From NCBI GenBank assembly GCA_030390025.1, contig CM059432.1:30630001-30694000 (forward strand): DNA of 64,000 nt, read 5' to 3'. The position numbers and the translations under genes are program-made. The stretch comes from Squalus acanthias. Its lineage: Eukaryota. The notes under the pieces are model-generated. The model had not been told where the DNA came from, ran no database searches, and saw only the letters and a list, made by a program, of their open reading frames with translations. Positions 32,799-44,433 of this stretch are shown piece by piece. Each line of letters starts with the position of its first letter. The stretch's first letter is position 1.

Positions 32799-35700
32799 AT
32801 AATTAGAGTGAGCTGAGAGGATCTGTTGGGGTCAGCCATTCCTAATTCATAGAAGCGTAAAGCTGTGCAGCACACTGGTGCCACAGCCTGAGGGCCAGGT
32901 TGGCTCGGAAAATCTACCTTTTAATTTCCAATGGTAAGGCTTTGCTTAACCGCTCGTAAAATTTCTTCTGTGCTATTTTCATTAAACCATTTTAAATCAC
33001 GAGAGTAGGGAAGAAATGGGGTGAAAATTGGGGAGGGAAGACTTTGAGAATTGATAAATAAACACAGGAGGGATTCCTTTCTCACTTACACTTGAAGTAA
33101 GCTTCATTCACATCTGATAGCATTTGGAACATTAATGAGCCATTAAGTCACAAATTTAATAAAGCATTAACAAAATAAACAAAACAATAAAATAGTGGAA
33201 TCACTTTTCCTAATGCTGAACAGATGTATGGTATTTTATCAACAGCACACAACCTGCCAAGTGGGCTAACTCAAGCGGCTGCGTTGAGCTGGCACAGCTG
33301 CACCAGTATGTCCAGAACTATGGACAAGTGCAGAGTTCACGAGTGCCCTATGAAGTAGCCAAACACTCCTCTAACTAAGCTTCTAGGATGTCAATAGCAT
33401 TATCTTGCCTTGCCTAAATAATGGCCTTACATCTACAGCTCTAGTGGCTCAATAGATCAGCACTCTGTAATAATGTGACAGTACAGGCTTAGGCAATGTC
33501 AAGTTGTGAGCTTGAGCCTTACCTAGCATAGCCAATCCTTTTTGGCAAAAAAGGCTCAAGGGGCTGAATGGCCTACTCCTCTTCCTTTGTTCCTCTTCAC
33601 TGTTCTTTCACATCAGTTTTCCAAGACAGATCTTTCCAAATGCTTATTGATGGTAATGATTGGAACATGATGATGGGGGAGAGGCAGAATAAGGTCAGTA
33701 AGGAAGCCACTTTTTACAAAACCTGACATTAAATTTTCTGTTGCATGAAGCCATATTTGGTAATTCTCCTTCCAAATATGCTTCTGCACCAGATGAGGAA
33801 GACTTTATTAGCTGGTTCTTTAGCCTCAGAAAGTTGGTTCTCAAATGGGACCTTGGAGATGGATGTAAGATACTTAACATAACAGAGAAAACAAACATAG
33901 AGCAATAGTTTCAGTTACAGGACAATAGGGCACAGTTAAGGATTATGAGGGCAAGTTTAGGGTACAGGTCAGGAGGTACACAGAGAATGATTAACAGATG
34001 AAGCGGATTGCCAGGAAGGATGTTTAAGGCCTGAACTCTGGACTCATTTAAGAAACGGTTGGATGCTGTAATGGGAAGGTGGTAGTGATTTGTATTCTGG
34101 ATGGAATAGATGAAGGGTCTTCATCTGTACGTATCTTATGATCTCATTGGCCTGGATATTAACAGGGGCGGGGTACGTAAGTGGAGGGGGGTGGGGTCGG
34201 AGTTTCGGACAGGCTGTTTTAACTCCACAGCTTGCATCTTCTGTCATTCACAGGTTCTCTGCCCGGAAGTCAGCCTGATTGACAGGCTTGGTTTCCAGTC
34301 GGGCGGGGAGCACTCCGGAGCAGGCCGCAGGAGTAGGTAGCTTCAATCCACAACCCAGGTGGGGGGGCGGGGAGGTCCGATGCCTGGGAGCGGGTTGGCT
34401 GCCCGCCCCTTGTCCCCTTAAACTTGGAAGTGGGTGGGTTGGAGGTAGGTTGGGGTCGGGGTTTAGATTTTTAAAATGTTAACATCTGTCCCGACCCCAT
34501 AATGTTTGTTGTGCAGTCTGGGCAAACATTGCTCATAAAGTTAAATCAGTTTGGTCGAAACTAAAATAAAAATAATGAGGACACCTGAACAACTTACAAA
34601 GAGCTAATAGGAGAAAATAAGCTGTGAAAGGTTTGACTACAGTTGAAGCCTGGCAGTGGACTGTGGAACAGACTCCAAGAAAAGGTAATTGATTTGGGGT
34701 CAATAAACATCTTGAAAAGATAACTGTATCAATGTCTATTAAGAAGGAAGATTGAGCGATATAAACATATTAATAGCATTGTTTGATTTATTTTCTCCGG
34801 GTAGGTCAGGGAATTCAAGGGGTGATTTTATGAACTTGTCTTCCCAGTACGGACCCTTGCATTCTGGCATGGAGCTCAGCAGGCTCAGTATTAATTTTTG
34901 AAACCCTATGCCAGCGGCGCAAATTTGTAACATGAAGCAGGGAATCAAGAGGTTGTGTGGAAAGGGGTGGGATGTGAGAAAGTCCACTATAGAATAATGC
35001 TACATGGATTTATGGGCCAAATGGCCTTCTCTCACCTCGGATCTTTTTATGTTCTAAGAAGCCAAGCTAATTAGTGAGGTCTATAGCTTGGCTCCCCCAT
35101 GGTGTTGCTCAATGTTAGTCCACAGATGAGCTGTTTTATAATGAAAGTATGTATTACACCACATAATGCACAATATGTTATTCTGTTGCTAAAGTGGAGC
35201 TGCATTTACATTGCTTTTTCCCTTCAATGTGTCAACAATCTAATTCCAAAAATTAAACAAAGCTCGGGGCCAGTCAGAGTCTAATTGTTGTTTGCTGAGG
35301 AAAGTTTGCAGTGGCAGGTGCTGGTAAGTTTCTGGCTCCACTTCATGGGGGAAAAACCCCAGCTAGGAATGATAGCCTTCTTCCTCTCTTTTGTTCTACT
35401 TTTGACACTTTGAAGTGTGGCAACAGAAACGTGCTGCACACTCTCAAAACGGTTATATAGATTTATTAGTTCGTTGGGAAGACTTCAGAGCGAGGAACAA
35501 AAATAATTTTAGCACTTGAGGATCTAGGATTATGAGAAGAGACTCAAAGAATCAGTGTTCACTGAAGAAAATTGAACAGGAACACTATGCAGGTCTTCAA
35601 CACGGTGAGAGGCATTCATATTGTAGATGTAAATAGATTACTTAACATTCAAACCCCTCAACAGTCGTGTTCTCCCTCATTTGAGAAATCTTCTCCAGCT

Positions 35701-37471
35701 GTACGTCCCTACATGCATCCTTCACTCTTCCGACTGGGTTAGTGTTCATTATCTGATCCACCCATTCTACCATGAGTGGCTGAACTTTTATTCATTGCAT
35801 CTCAGTCCTCTGGATCTCCTTCTTTCAAAATCTCTTTACTTTGACACTTCTTTGTTTACAAAATCTTCCTAAAAACCCTCCTCTGTGATTATGCCTTCAG
35901 CCTCTATCCAAAATCATGCTCCTCCATTTTTTCCTGCTCAGTGTCCACCTTATTAAGTAGGAGGAGCACAATTGAACTGAAAGCTGGTGTACTAGAGTGT
36001 GAGGATAGTGCTTGCGGGTGCGGGAATAAACTTTAGCATAATATTTTCCACACACAGTACTGGATATGGGGAATGTATGCCCAAAAAAGCAATTAATACC
36101 GTGTTGAGCTGAATAAATATCTGTTGAAAAACTGGAATAAAGGTTCAAAGGATAAGGATAAACACAGATGGTCAAACACAGAGATTCCTGTGGCATTTTT
36201 ACAGTGGATAGGCACTTTTATGTGGCTGCACTGGTTTTGGAGAGTGATGTTATACTCATTTACATTCCCATCTGGCAGAATTCTCCATCAGATGCCAATC
36301 AAAACAGTTGAGCTGCAGCCAAAATTGCTGGAGATTCAGGGGTCACTTTAGTCCCTGCCCCCATCCCCCACCAAAGCTTTAGGTTGTCATAAGTCCTTCA
36401 TTTGTTCTATTTAATAGAAATGAAGCAATGAGAAGTGCATTAAACATAAATGCACGTTACTGATCCAAAAGAAAGGTGTCATCCTTGAAATGAGACTAAG
36501 CTGGCATGTGTGTGAATGGAATGTTTTTTCACCGTGTCCCAATGCAAATCAAGTACTTCCAGGTCACATGCAGAGCACACACCACCCCACCCCCACTGCC
36601 TGCTACATAACCTGACAATGGCCCTCAACAGAGTTCACTTCTACCACCTTGACCAACAACACACTGGCATGAGTTTTCCATTTCCCATATTCCTATCATG
36701 GCATCTCAGAGTCGATTGGCAAACTAGTAAGTTTGTGATACATTTGAGGCCAACTTGGCGCTTATGGGCATTGGTGTACAGCACAGTGTCTTCAGACACT
36801 GGCTGCCCCATATTGTTTTCAGTGAGCACTTGCTACTGCTTTCAGAGAGAGAGAATTCCAAGCTGGGCTCAATTTATGACCAACTTTGAAGCTCAGCTAG
36901 ATCTATCCAGTGATGACTTTATCCTTTTATGCTTTAAATTTGAGGCAATGATTATAAAACATTTTCTATTTAACAAATCATCCCCTTTCACAATAAAAGT
37001 TTACTGAATTGAAATGCAGGGGTCAAACTTAGGGGTGCTTTTTGTGAGTTTTGGCGCTGAGGCACATTGTTTTATCTTGCACCTAGCCATGGCAAGGGAA
37101 TGCTTGATATTGACCCATGGTACAAAAACTAGCAAGTGTTCTATTTTCCAATGCTAACATCTCTCACCTTTCTAAGCACAAAGTTTCCCCCGAGTTATAA
37201 AAGGTGATGCTTTCCTTTATATACAGTTGGTATTTGAAGAGAAATTATAGTCAGCAATGATAATCTTGGGGAGTGAAGACTCTATAACTCTCCATCATGG
37301 AAAATACAAGGAATTGTTGTGGGTAAGAAGACCCAGTGTTTCAGGCAGAGCTAGAGAACAGCCAGACTACTGTGCCATGTGCCCAATAGCTCTGCAGCCT
37401 GGGCAAAGACAGCTTGCAGCCTACATTTAAAGCCAAAAAACTTCATTGTAATCCTATTCTAGGCTGACATT

Positions 37472-37880
37472 TACATAGTATTACATAGTATTTACAACAC
37501 AGAAACAAACCATTTGGCCCAACAGATCCATGCCAGTATTTATGCTCCACACGAACCTCCTCCCACCCTCCTTCATCTAAACCCATCAGCATATCCTTCT
37601 ATTGTTTTCACCCTCGTGTTTATCTAGCTTCCCCTTAAATGCATCTATGCAATTCACCTCAACTACTCCTTGTGGTAGCTCGTTCCACATTCTAACCACT
37701 CTCTGGGTAAAGAAGTTTCTCCTGAATTCCCTATTGAATTTATTAGTGACTATCTTATATTTATGCCCCCTAGCTCCAGTCTTGCCCGTAAGTGGAAACA
37801 TCTTTTCTACGTCTACCGAATTAAACCCTTTCATAATCTTAAAGACCTCTATCAGGTCACCTCTCCGTCTTCTCTTTCCT
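37472..37880 (-). mobile_element. CR1 3' fragment
   Basis: RRRGDLIEVFKIMKG...RRNFFTQRVVRMWNELP. Confidence 0.85.
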
Positions 37881-37884
37881 TGAG

Positions 37885-38760
37885 AAATACTGTGTAATAC
37901 TGAGGGAGCACTGCATTGTTGAAGGTGCCATTTTCGATGTGACATTGAACTGAAAGATCCATCTGCTCTCTCAAGTAAAAGATCCCATGGCACTATTTGA
38001 AGAATAGGGGAGTTCTCTGCGTGACCTTATCAGCATTTATCTGTCAGCCAATACCACCAAAAACAGATTAACTGGTTATATATCTCATTGCCGCTTGTGG
38101 GACCTTGGTGTATGCAAATATATGGGTACAGTAGCATAGCAGTTACATTACTGGACTAGTAATCCAGAAAACGTGAGTTCAAATGATGCCATGGCTGTTT
38201 GAGAATTTGAATTTACTTTAAAAATCTGTAAATAAAAAGTTGGTATTAATGAAAGTGACCACGATGCTGTCGGATTGTCATAAAAACCCAACTGGTTCAC
38301 TAATGTTCATTAGGGAAGGAAACTTGCTGTCCTTACCCAGTCTGGCCAATATGTGACTCCAGACCCACAACAATGTGGTTGTCTATTAACTGCCTTGTGC
38401 CACTCAGTTGTATTCAAGAAGGCGGCTCACCACCAACTTCTCGAGGGCAATTAGGGATGGGCAATAAATGCTGCCCTTGCCAGCGTCGCCCACAGCCTGT
38501 GAATAAATTTAAAAAGTCCCACAACAACTTGGTTGACTCTTAACTGCCCTCTGAAGTGACCAAGCAAGCCACTCAGTTGTATAAACTGCAACTAAGGATG
38601 GGCAATAAATGCCCACATTCTGACAATGATTTTTTTAAATTTGGTGACTATTATAGTTGCCTATAATACAACGGTGACTACACTTCAAAAGTAATTCATT
38701 GGAGGTGAAGCACTTTGCGACATCCTGAGCATGTGGAAGGTGCCATTTACATGAAAGAAA
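37885..38760 (+). mobile_element. SINE family A split by a family B SINE
   Basis: Family A body at 37885-38120 resumes at ~38640-38760. Confidence 0.65.
38123..38515 (+). mobile_element. tRNA-derived SINE family B with LINE-B 3' tail (partial tail duplicate at 38520-38640)
   Basis: Head GGGTACAGTAGCATAG...GAGTTCAAAT. Tail TTCAAGAAGGCGGCTCACCACC...GGGATGGGCAATAAATGCTG as in LINE-B. Confidence 0.8.
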
Positions 38761-39269
38761 AGTTGAAAAGCAGGCAGAAATAAGGAGCAGTGCAACTTAT
38801 GGTATAAAACTAAAATAATAAAAAGAACGCTGTGTGCTCTTAATTGGCACAGAGTTTCAATAACAGTAACCTTCCATGTGGGTCATTATTGTACACCTAC
38901 TGTGCTACAATTTAAATGTTGACAGCCAGTGCTCTAATATATTTTAAAATGAAGAGGGATTATTACAGTTACAACAACGGATCATTTATCCAGGACTAAA
39001 ATCAATAGCAGGTGCATCTGCTGGGAGACTGGTGTTTCCTGCCGGTGGCTATGATTCCTAACATTTTTTTGGATTCTTTGCCTTTTAAAATGACACTCCT
39101 CTAAAACCACACACAAAAACAAATTCCTATAGTTTAATCTGCAGCTCTTTGCTATCCTGTTGAAATGACACTGTATGGCATTAGCAACATGTTCATATAG
39201 AAAGAAAGAACTTGCATTTATACAGCACCTTTCATGGCTTCAGGATGTCCCAAAGTGTTTAACAGCCAA

Positions 39270-39643
39270 TTTTTTTAATTCATTCATAGGATGTGGGTGA
39301 CACTAACAAGGCCAGCATTTATTGCCCATCCCTAATTGCCCTTGAGAAGTTGGTGGTGAGCCGCCTTCTTGAATACAACTGAATGGCACAAGGCAGTTAA
39401 GAGTCAACCGCATTGTTGTGGGTCTGGAATCACATATAGGCCAGACCAGGTAAGGATAGCAGATTTCCTTCCCTAAAGGACATTAGTGAACCTGATGGGC
39501 TTTTACAATAATCTGGTAGTTTCATGGTCACTGATATTTTTAATTCCATATTTATTTAACTGAATTTAAATTCCCCAGCTGTCATCATGGGATTTGAACT
39601 TATATCGCAGTCCAGTAACATAACCACTATGCCACGGTACCCC
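39270..39643 (-). mobile_element. SINE family B inserted in a family A SINE
   Basis: Reverse complement of 38123-38515. Family A sequence at 39201-39270 resumes at 39644-39737 and again at 42260. Confidence 0.8.
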
Positions 39644-39737
39644 TAAGCACTTTTGAACTACAGCCATTATTGTTATGCAAGGAAATTTACACACAGCATA
39701 GTCCCATAAAGGGCAATGAGATAAATGAGAAGATAAT

Positions 39738-42259
39738 GACTGGAATTTTCCCATTTAAAAATGGGTGGGTTTGGAGCGTGGGGGGCAGTTAAAGTGTTAA
39801 AATTAGGATTCCAGACCTGACCCCGCCTCCACTCCAACCCGCCCACTTCTGGTTTTGCCAGAGGCGAACAGGGGGGGGGAGTGGTGGCGGGGCCTGGGCA
39901 ACCAACCCGCTGCCAGGGGGCATTATCTCAATTTAAATGTTGTAATGAGGCTCGAAGCCTCTATTTGCCCCTCCATTTTTTGTTTAACTGTCTGTGGACG
40001 GGTTTCACACAATTCGTGAAACTCGGCAGTTAAACAAAGGCAGGGTCTGCTGCATCCAGGAAGTAAGTGGCTTTTGTAAGGTTTCCAAAATTTGCAGATC
40101 CCCAAAACCTAAGGAAAAAGGACTTTGGAACTACCTCAGAGTGATACAAATGCATTTGGGCCTAACCTAAGGAATTTAAGACCAAAAACCAAGTTTTGGC
40201 ATTTTAAAACCATGTCTGGGCCTGTAAAGGGACAAGGAGGTGGGCTCGACCTCTGTAAAAGCAGTTTGGCTATTGCAGTTAATTACACTGTCTGGGGAAC
40301 CGTGATGACCTCACTCAAGCCCCAGCAGAAATTAACATTTGAACAATAGACCCTGGGAGAAGACAGTCCCACCCAAAATACAGGCCCCATCAAAACCGAT
40401 TACAGGGCCCATCAGAAACATGCATAATAAAACCCACTCAGGACCATTCTATAGAGTCCAGCCTAGAAACCCAAACACGAAATCAATCACCAGTGATCAA
40501 CCAAGGAGAGCGACAGGATGCAAGCCATCCCAAAAGCCATTTGACACTTACAGAGCAGTTACTGGTGACAGGCCCGCCAAAATCAGACAATGAACTGAGC
40601 AGATTTGGCAGATAGATAAGGCCATGTCCAATGGGTGAGATTGAAGGCCTGTTAAAAAAACTAGTTAACACGCTAGTAAGTCGTTACCGATTAACAGGCC
40701 CGCCAAAATCAGACAATGAACTGAGCAGATTTGGCGGGTAGATAAGGCCACTTCAATTCAGTATAATTGAAGGCCCGTTAAGCAGTTCAGAGTGGTCATC
40801 AGAAGAAGAAGAAACAAGGAAGAAGACCAGCCGAGCTGTAAGCGAGTCGGCATCGCTCACCACTCAGACACACATGAGTCCAACTCGTGAAGATACCACC
40901 TCGACGGACCTCCAACAACGGTCCCAACACAGTCATCCGGAGAAACAAGCAGCAACAAGTCACCGACGGCTCCACGAGGTCGACCGACACACTAGACAAG
41001 GCCTAAAACCATCGCGGAAACCAAAGGCCTCAAGAAACCAACAATCACATATTACCCCCAACTGACCAGGTAATAGCAGGCCACCGCGACCAACAAAGAC
41101 CAACTCAAGGGAAGAAAACCCGAAGAACTGCAAAGTTACCACTCTACAATCTACTCCTGACTTACCCCTGGGTAAGATTTTCCCCAAAGACTCTAAACCC
41201 TACTGCTAAACCAAAGAAATTGGGTACTCACCAGATAAATCCAAAACGACATCCTACCGCATCAGCGGACTCGCGGAGACTGACCAGATACGCAGGTGAA
41301 GTCCTCTACCGCGTACGGGGTACGGCAGACACTAACTGCCATAAACAGCGAACCCCAAAACCGCGATTTAGCCCAACTGTCAAAGGATTGGTGAGCATTA
41401 TCCCTGGTCCTTCAAAACCTAACTTAGCTAGTAAAGTGGGGTTGGGAGGGGTGAAGTTTTGATCTACTGTCTTTTCCTTCGCTTGTACCGAAGTGTTCCC
41501 CACCTTAAGAGTGTTAAGAGTGTTGTTATTTGTGTTTTACCTTTTAATAAAGATTGAAGTTCTTTCATCAAACTCAGTTGTCTGCTGCACCTTTTGTCAC
41601 AACCCCCAAATAAGTCCAAGGTCTAGAACCAAGGGAGTGGGAGCGATTCGAACCGTTCAGAAGTCAGAGGTGAAGCTGACACAAAACCACCACCCCCTAC
41701 ACTTTATACCTACCTTCTGAATCCAGGGAACCTACCTAACACACTCCCCGCAATTGGACACCCCACCACAAGGCCTCCAATAACCTTCCCAGGCCTCCCT
41801 CACACCCCCCCAGGTCTCCACCCCCACCCCCAACGATGATGATGAGGCCGGCCACGATCCTCCAGTGGCTGGCCCAGATCCTCCGCCCCTCCTCCCCCCA
41901 AACCCTGGCTGACCCCCCCACGATCCCCAATCCCCTAACGCGATCCCCGACCAGCCCCCATCGCCTGCCGATTCCCGACCCCCTGCTGACCCTCTCTCCC
42001 CCTCCCACTAATTGCCGACCCCCTCCCGCCGATTCCCGACCCTCCTCCCGATCCCCGACCCCCCTCCCGCCCCCGGACCGACCCCTCGCAACTGAGGCCT
42101 ACCCGCCCGCAGCCTGCCAACCTCTTAAGCTGGCTGGCTGCGGGCGGGAAACTGAGGCCTCACATTCGAATTGGCCCTTGTGGTAAAATCCCGCCTCGGA
42201 GCACCCCTCCCCCCTCCCCCACCTGCTCCCAACCCGCCTCCCCAAAGAAAATTCTGGCC
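39738..42259. mobile_element. Harbinger-type MITE, TSD AAT, containing a solo LTR
   Basis: Ends GACTGGAATTTTC / GAAAATTCTGGCC. AAT at 39735-39737 and 42260-42262. It splits SINE sequence GATAAT|CTGTTTT. Confidence 0.75.
40075..41701 (+). mobile_element. Solo LTR (~1.6 kb) with 4-bp TSD CTTT
   Basis: TGTAAGG...CCCTACA ends. CTTT at 40071-40074 and 41702-41705. AATAAA at ~41546. The host MITE is continuous once the LTR is removed (compare 32185-32226). Confidence 0.8.
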
Positions 42260-42868
42260 AATCTGTTTTTTTTCCTAATGATGTTGGTTGAGGGATAAAT
42301 ATTGACCAGGGTATCGGGAGATCTTCCGTGCAGACGGTTTAATGTCTCTTCCAAAAGATGGCACCTCTGACAGTGAAAAGAAAGACTTGCATTTATATAG
42401 CGCCTTTCATGATCACAGGATGCCCCAAAGCAATTTACAGCCAATGAAGTACTTTTGACGTGTAATCCCTGTTGTAATGTTGGAAACAGTGACTGCGACA
42501 GTGCAGCTCTCTTACTCTCAGTACTGCACTGAGGTGTCAGCATAGATTATGTGCCCAAGTATGCTACATATTCAACTAGGAAGGATGCAGTGGTGGGTCT
42601 GATTCTGGATAATGATGCAGAGCATATAAGTGATGTGAAGGTAGGAGAACCCTTGGGAAATAATGAGCAGAACCTAATTAGTTTTATATTGAAGATATAT
42701 AAAGAAAAAAAGGAATCAAAGGCTAAGATTTGGACTGGAAAATAGCACAGTGGGACATAAGGGAATCTAGCCTAGATAATTTGGCGAGAAAAAGTAGAAG
42801 ATCAAACAGTGGACCAGCTGTGTGAGATATTTCAATATGAGATCAATAAAATACAAGTTAAATACATT

Positions 42869-43021
42869 GGCCCTGAATTTCTGGAGTGTTCTCCCAAAAT
42901 CCTGCTATAATTTCAGTGGAAGATTGACAGAAACCCTGGAGAAACAGTGTAAACCAGTCATTTACGCCATTTGACCAGCAGTTCCACAGTTCTCCCAGAA
43001 CCACTGTGGAAATTCCAGGCG
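42869..43021. mobile_element. Short MITE, TSD ATT, in an old CR1 fragment (relatives at ~4883-4965 and ~51085-51252)
   Basis: Ends GGCCCTGAATTTC / GGAAATTCCAGGCG. Shared internal motif TAAYTTCAGYRGAAGAT. Confidence 0.6.
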
Positions 43022-43711
43022 ATTCTGACTAACAGTAAAGAGGGTCAGTGAATTGGTAGAGATTTTGGAACAAAAATTTGTTTTAAAAGGAGGTATATAA
43101 TAAATATAGGTGTGGAGGGGGATATTACAGAATAAAACTATAAGAAATACAATAACAATATAGGAAGGCAAAAAGGAGATTAAGAAGGCTAAGAGGAACT
43201 ATGAAAGAAGATTAGCAGTCAACATAAAGGGAAATAGCACGGATTCTTGATGGATCATTAAGGATACTTGAAGGGATGGGAACACTCAAGCTGTCCATTT
43301 TGAGAGTGAGGGAATAGCAGAGAACCCATAATAACTTTTAAAAGGGAAATGAAAAAGATTTTTTTAATGTAGAGGGAAAGGACAGGAGAAAGGGATCTAT
43401 TAGTGCAGGTGGGGTAGAGCAGGGTCATCAGTTTACATATGGAAATTCCCCTTGTGCCTGTGGATCATATTGTCAAGGGGAAGCCTATAGATAAGGAAGA
43501 GAATGGGGCCAACTCGTGATCCTTGGGACTCCTGGAGGGTAGGTAGGAATTGAAGCATGTAAGGTGGAGGATGGAGGAGAGGCATTGGAGAAGAATGGCA
43601 CGGTCAACTATATCAAATGGCAGAACATTAATATTGAAAGCTACTTATCAAGTTCAAAGATAAATTCCCAGGCATTGTCACCCTGCAGCCATGTTTCTGT
43701 AATGACTACGA

Positions 43712-44395
43712 GTGAGTACAGGGATCCAGGAGGTAGTGTTGGAGGAGCCGCAGCCCTTGCTCTTGTCCAACAGGTTCGAGGCTCTTACTCCCTGTGTGGA
43801 TAGGAGCGGGGACTGCAGGGAGGATGAGCAACCTGGCCACAGCACCGTGGTAAGGGGGGCCATTCAAGTGGGGGGAGTAAAAAGAAATGTTGTAGTGGTA
43901 GGGGATAGTATCATTAGGGGGATAGATAGGGTTCTTTGCAGCCAAGAGCGAGAGTCCCGAAGGCTGTGTTGCCTGCCCGGTGCCAGGGTTAAGGACATCT
44001 CCTCTGGGCTGGAGAGAAACTTGGAGTGGGAGGGGGAGGATCCAGTTGTCGTGGTCCATGTTGGTACCAATGACATAGATAGGACAAGGAAAGAGGTTCT
44101 GCTGAGGGAGTTTGAGCAGCTAGGGGCCAAATTAAAAAGCAGAACCTCGAGGGTAATAATCTCTGGATTACTACCTGAGCCACGAGCAAATTTGGCTAGG
44201 GTAAATAAAATCAGGGAGTTGAATGCGTGGCTCAAAGACTGGTGTGGGAAAAATGGGTTTTGCTTCTTGGGACACTGGCACCAGTACTGGGGCAGGAGAG
44301 AGCTGTTCCGTTGGGACGGACTTCACTTGGCCAGTGCTGGGACTAGTGTCCTGGCGAATCGAATAACTAGGGCTGTGGAGAGGGCTTTAAACTAA
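43712..44395 (+). CDS. CR1 ORF1 C-terminal SGNH/GDSL esterase domain (N-truncated)
   Basis: VVVGDSIIRG, CLPGA, VHVGTND and DGLHL blocks are all present in one frame. Confidence 0.85.
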   Translation: MSTGIQEVVLEEPQPLLLSNRFEALTPCVDRSGDCREDEQPGHSTVVRGAIQVGGVKRNVVVVGDSIIRGIDRVLCSQERESRRLCCLPGARVKDISSGLERNLEWEGEDPVVVVHVGTNDIDRTRKEVLLREFEQLGAKLKSRTSRVIISGLLPEPRANLARVNKIRELNAWLKDWCGKNGFCFLGHWHQYWGRRELFRWDGLHLASAGTSVLANRITRAVERALN

Positions 44396-44433
44396 TTAGT
44401 GGGGGGGAGGTTTCAAGAGAGCAAAAAATAAAA

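Noticed and set aside
36516..37007. 163-aa + strand ORF in unique sequence
   Set aside because: No recognisable motif or supporting gene structure; compatible with chance.
41736..42186. Proline- and glycine-rich ORFs (also 32401-32788)
   Set aside because: C-rich low-complexity interior of MITEs.
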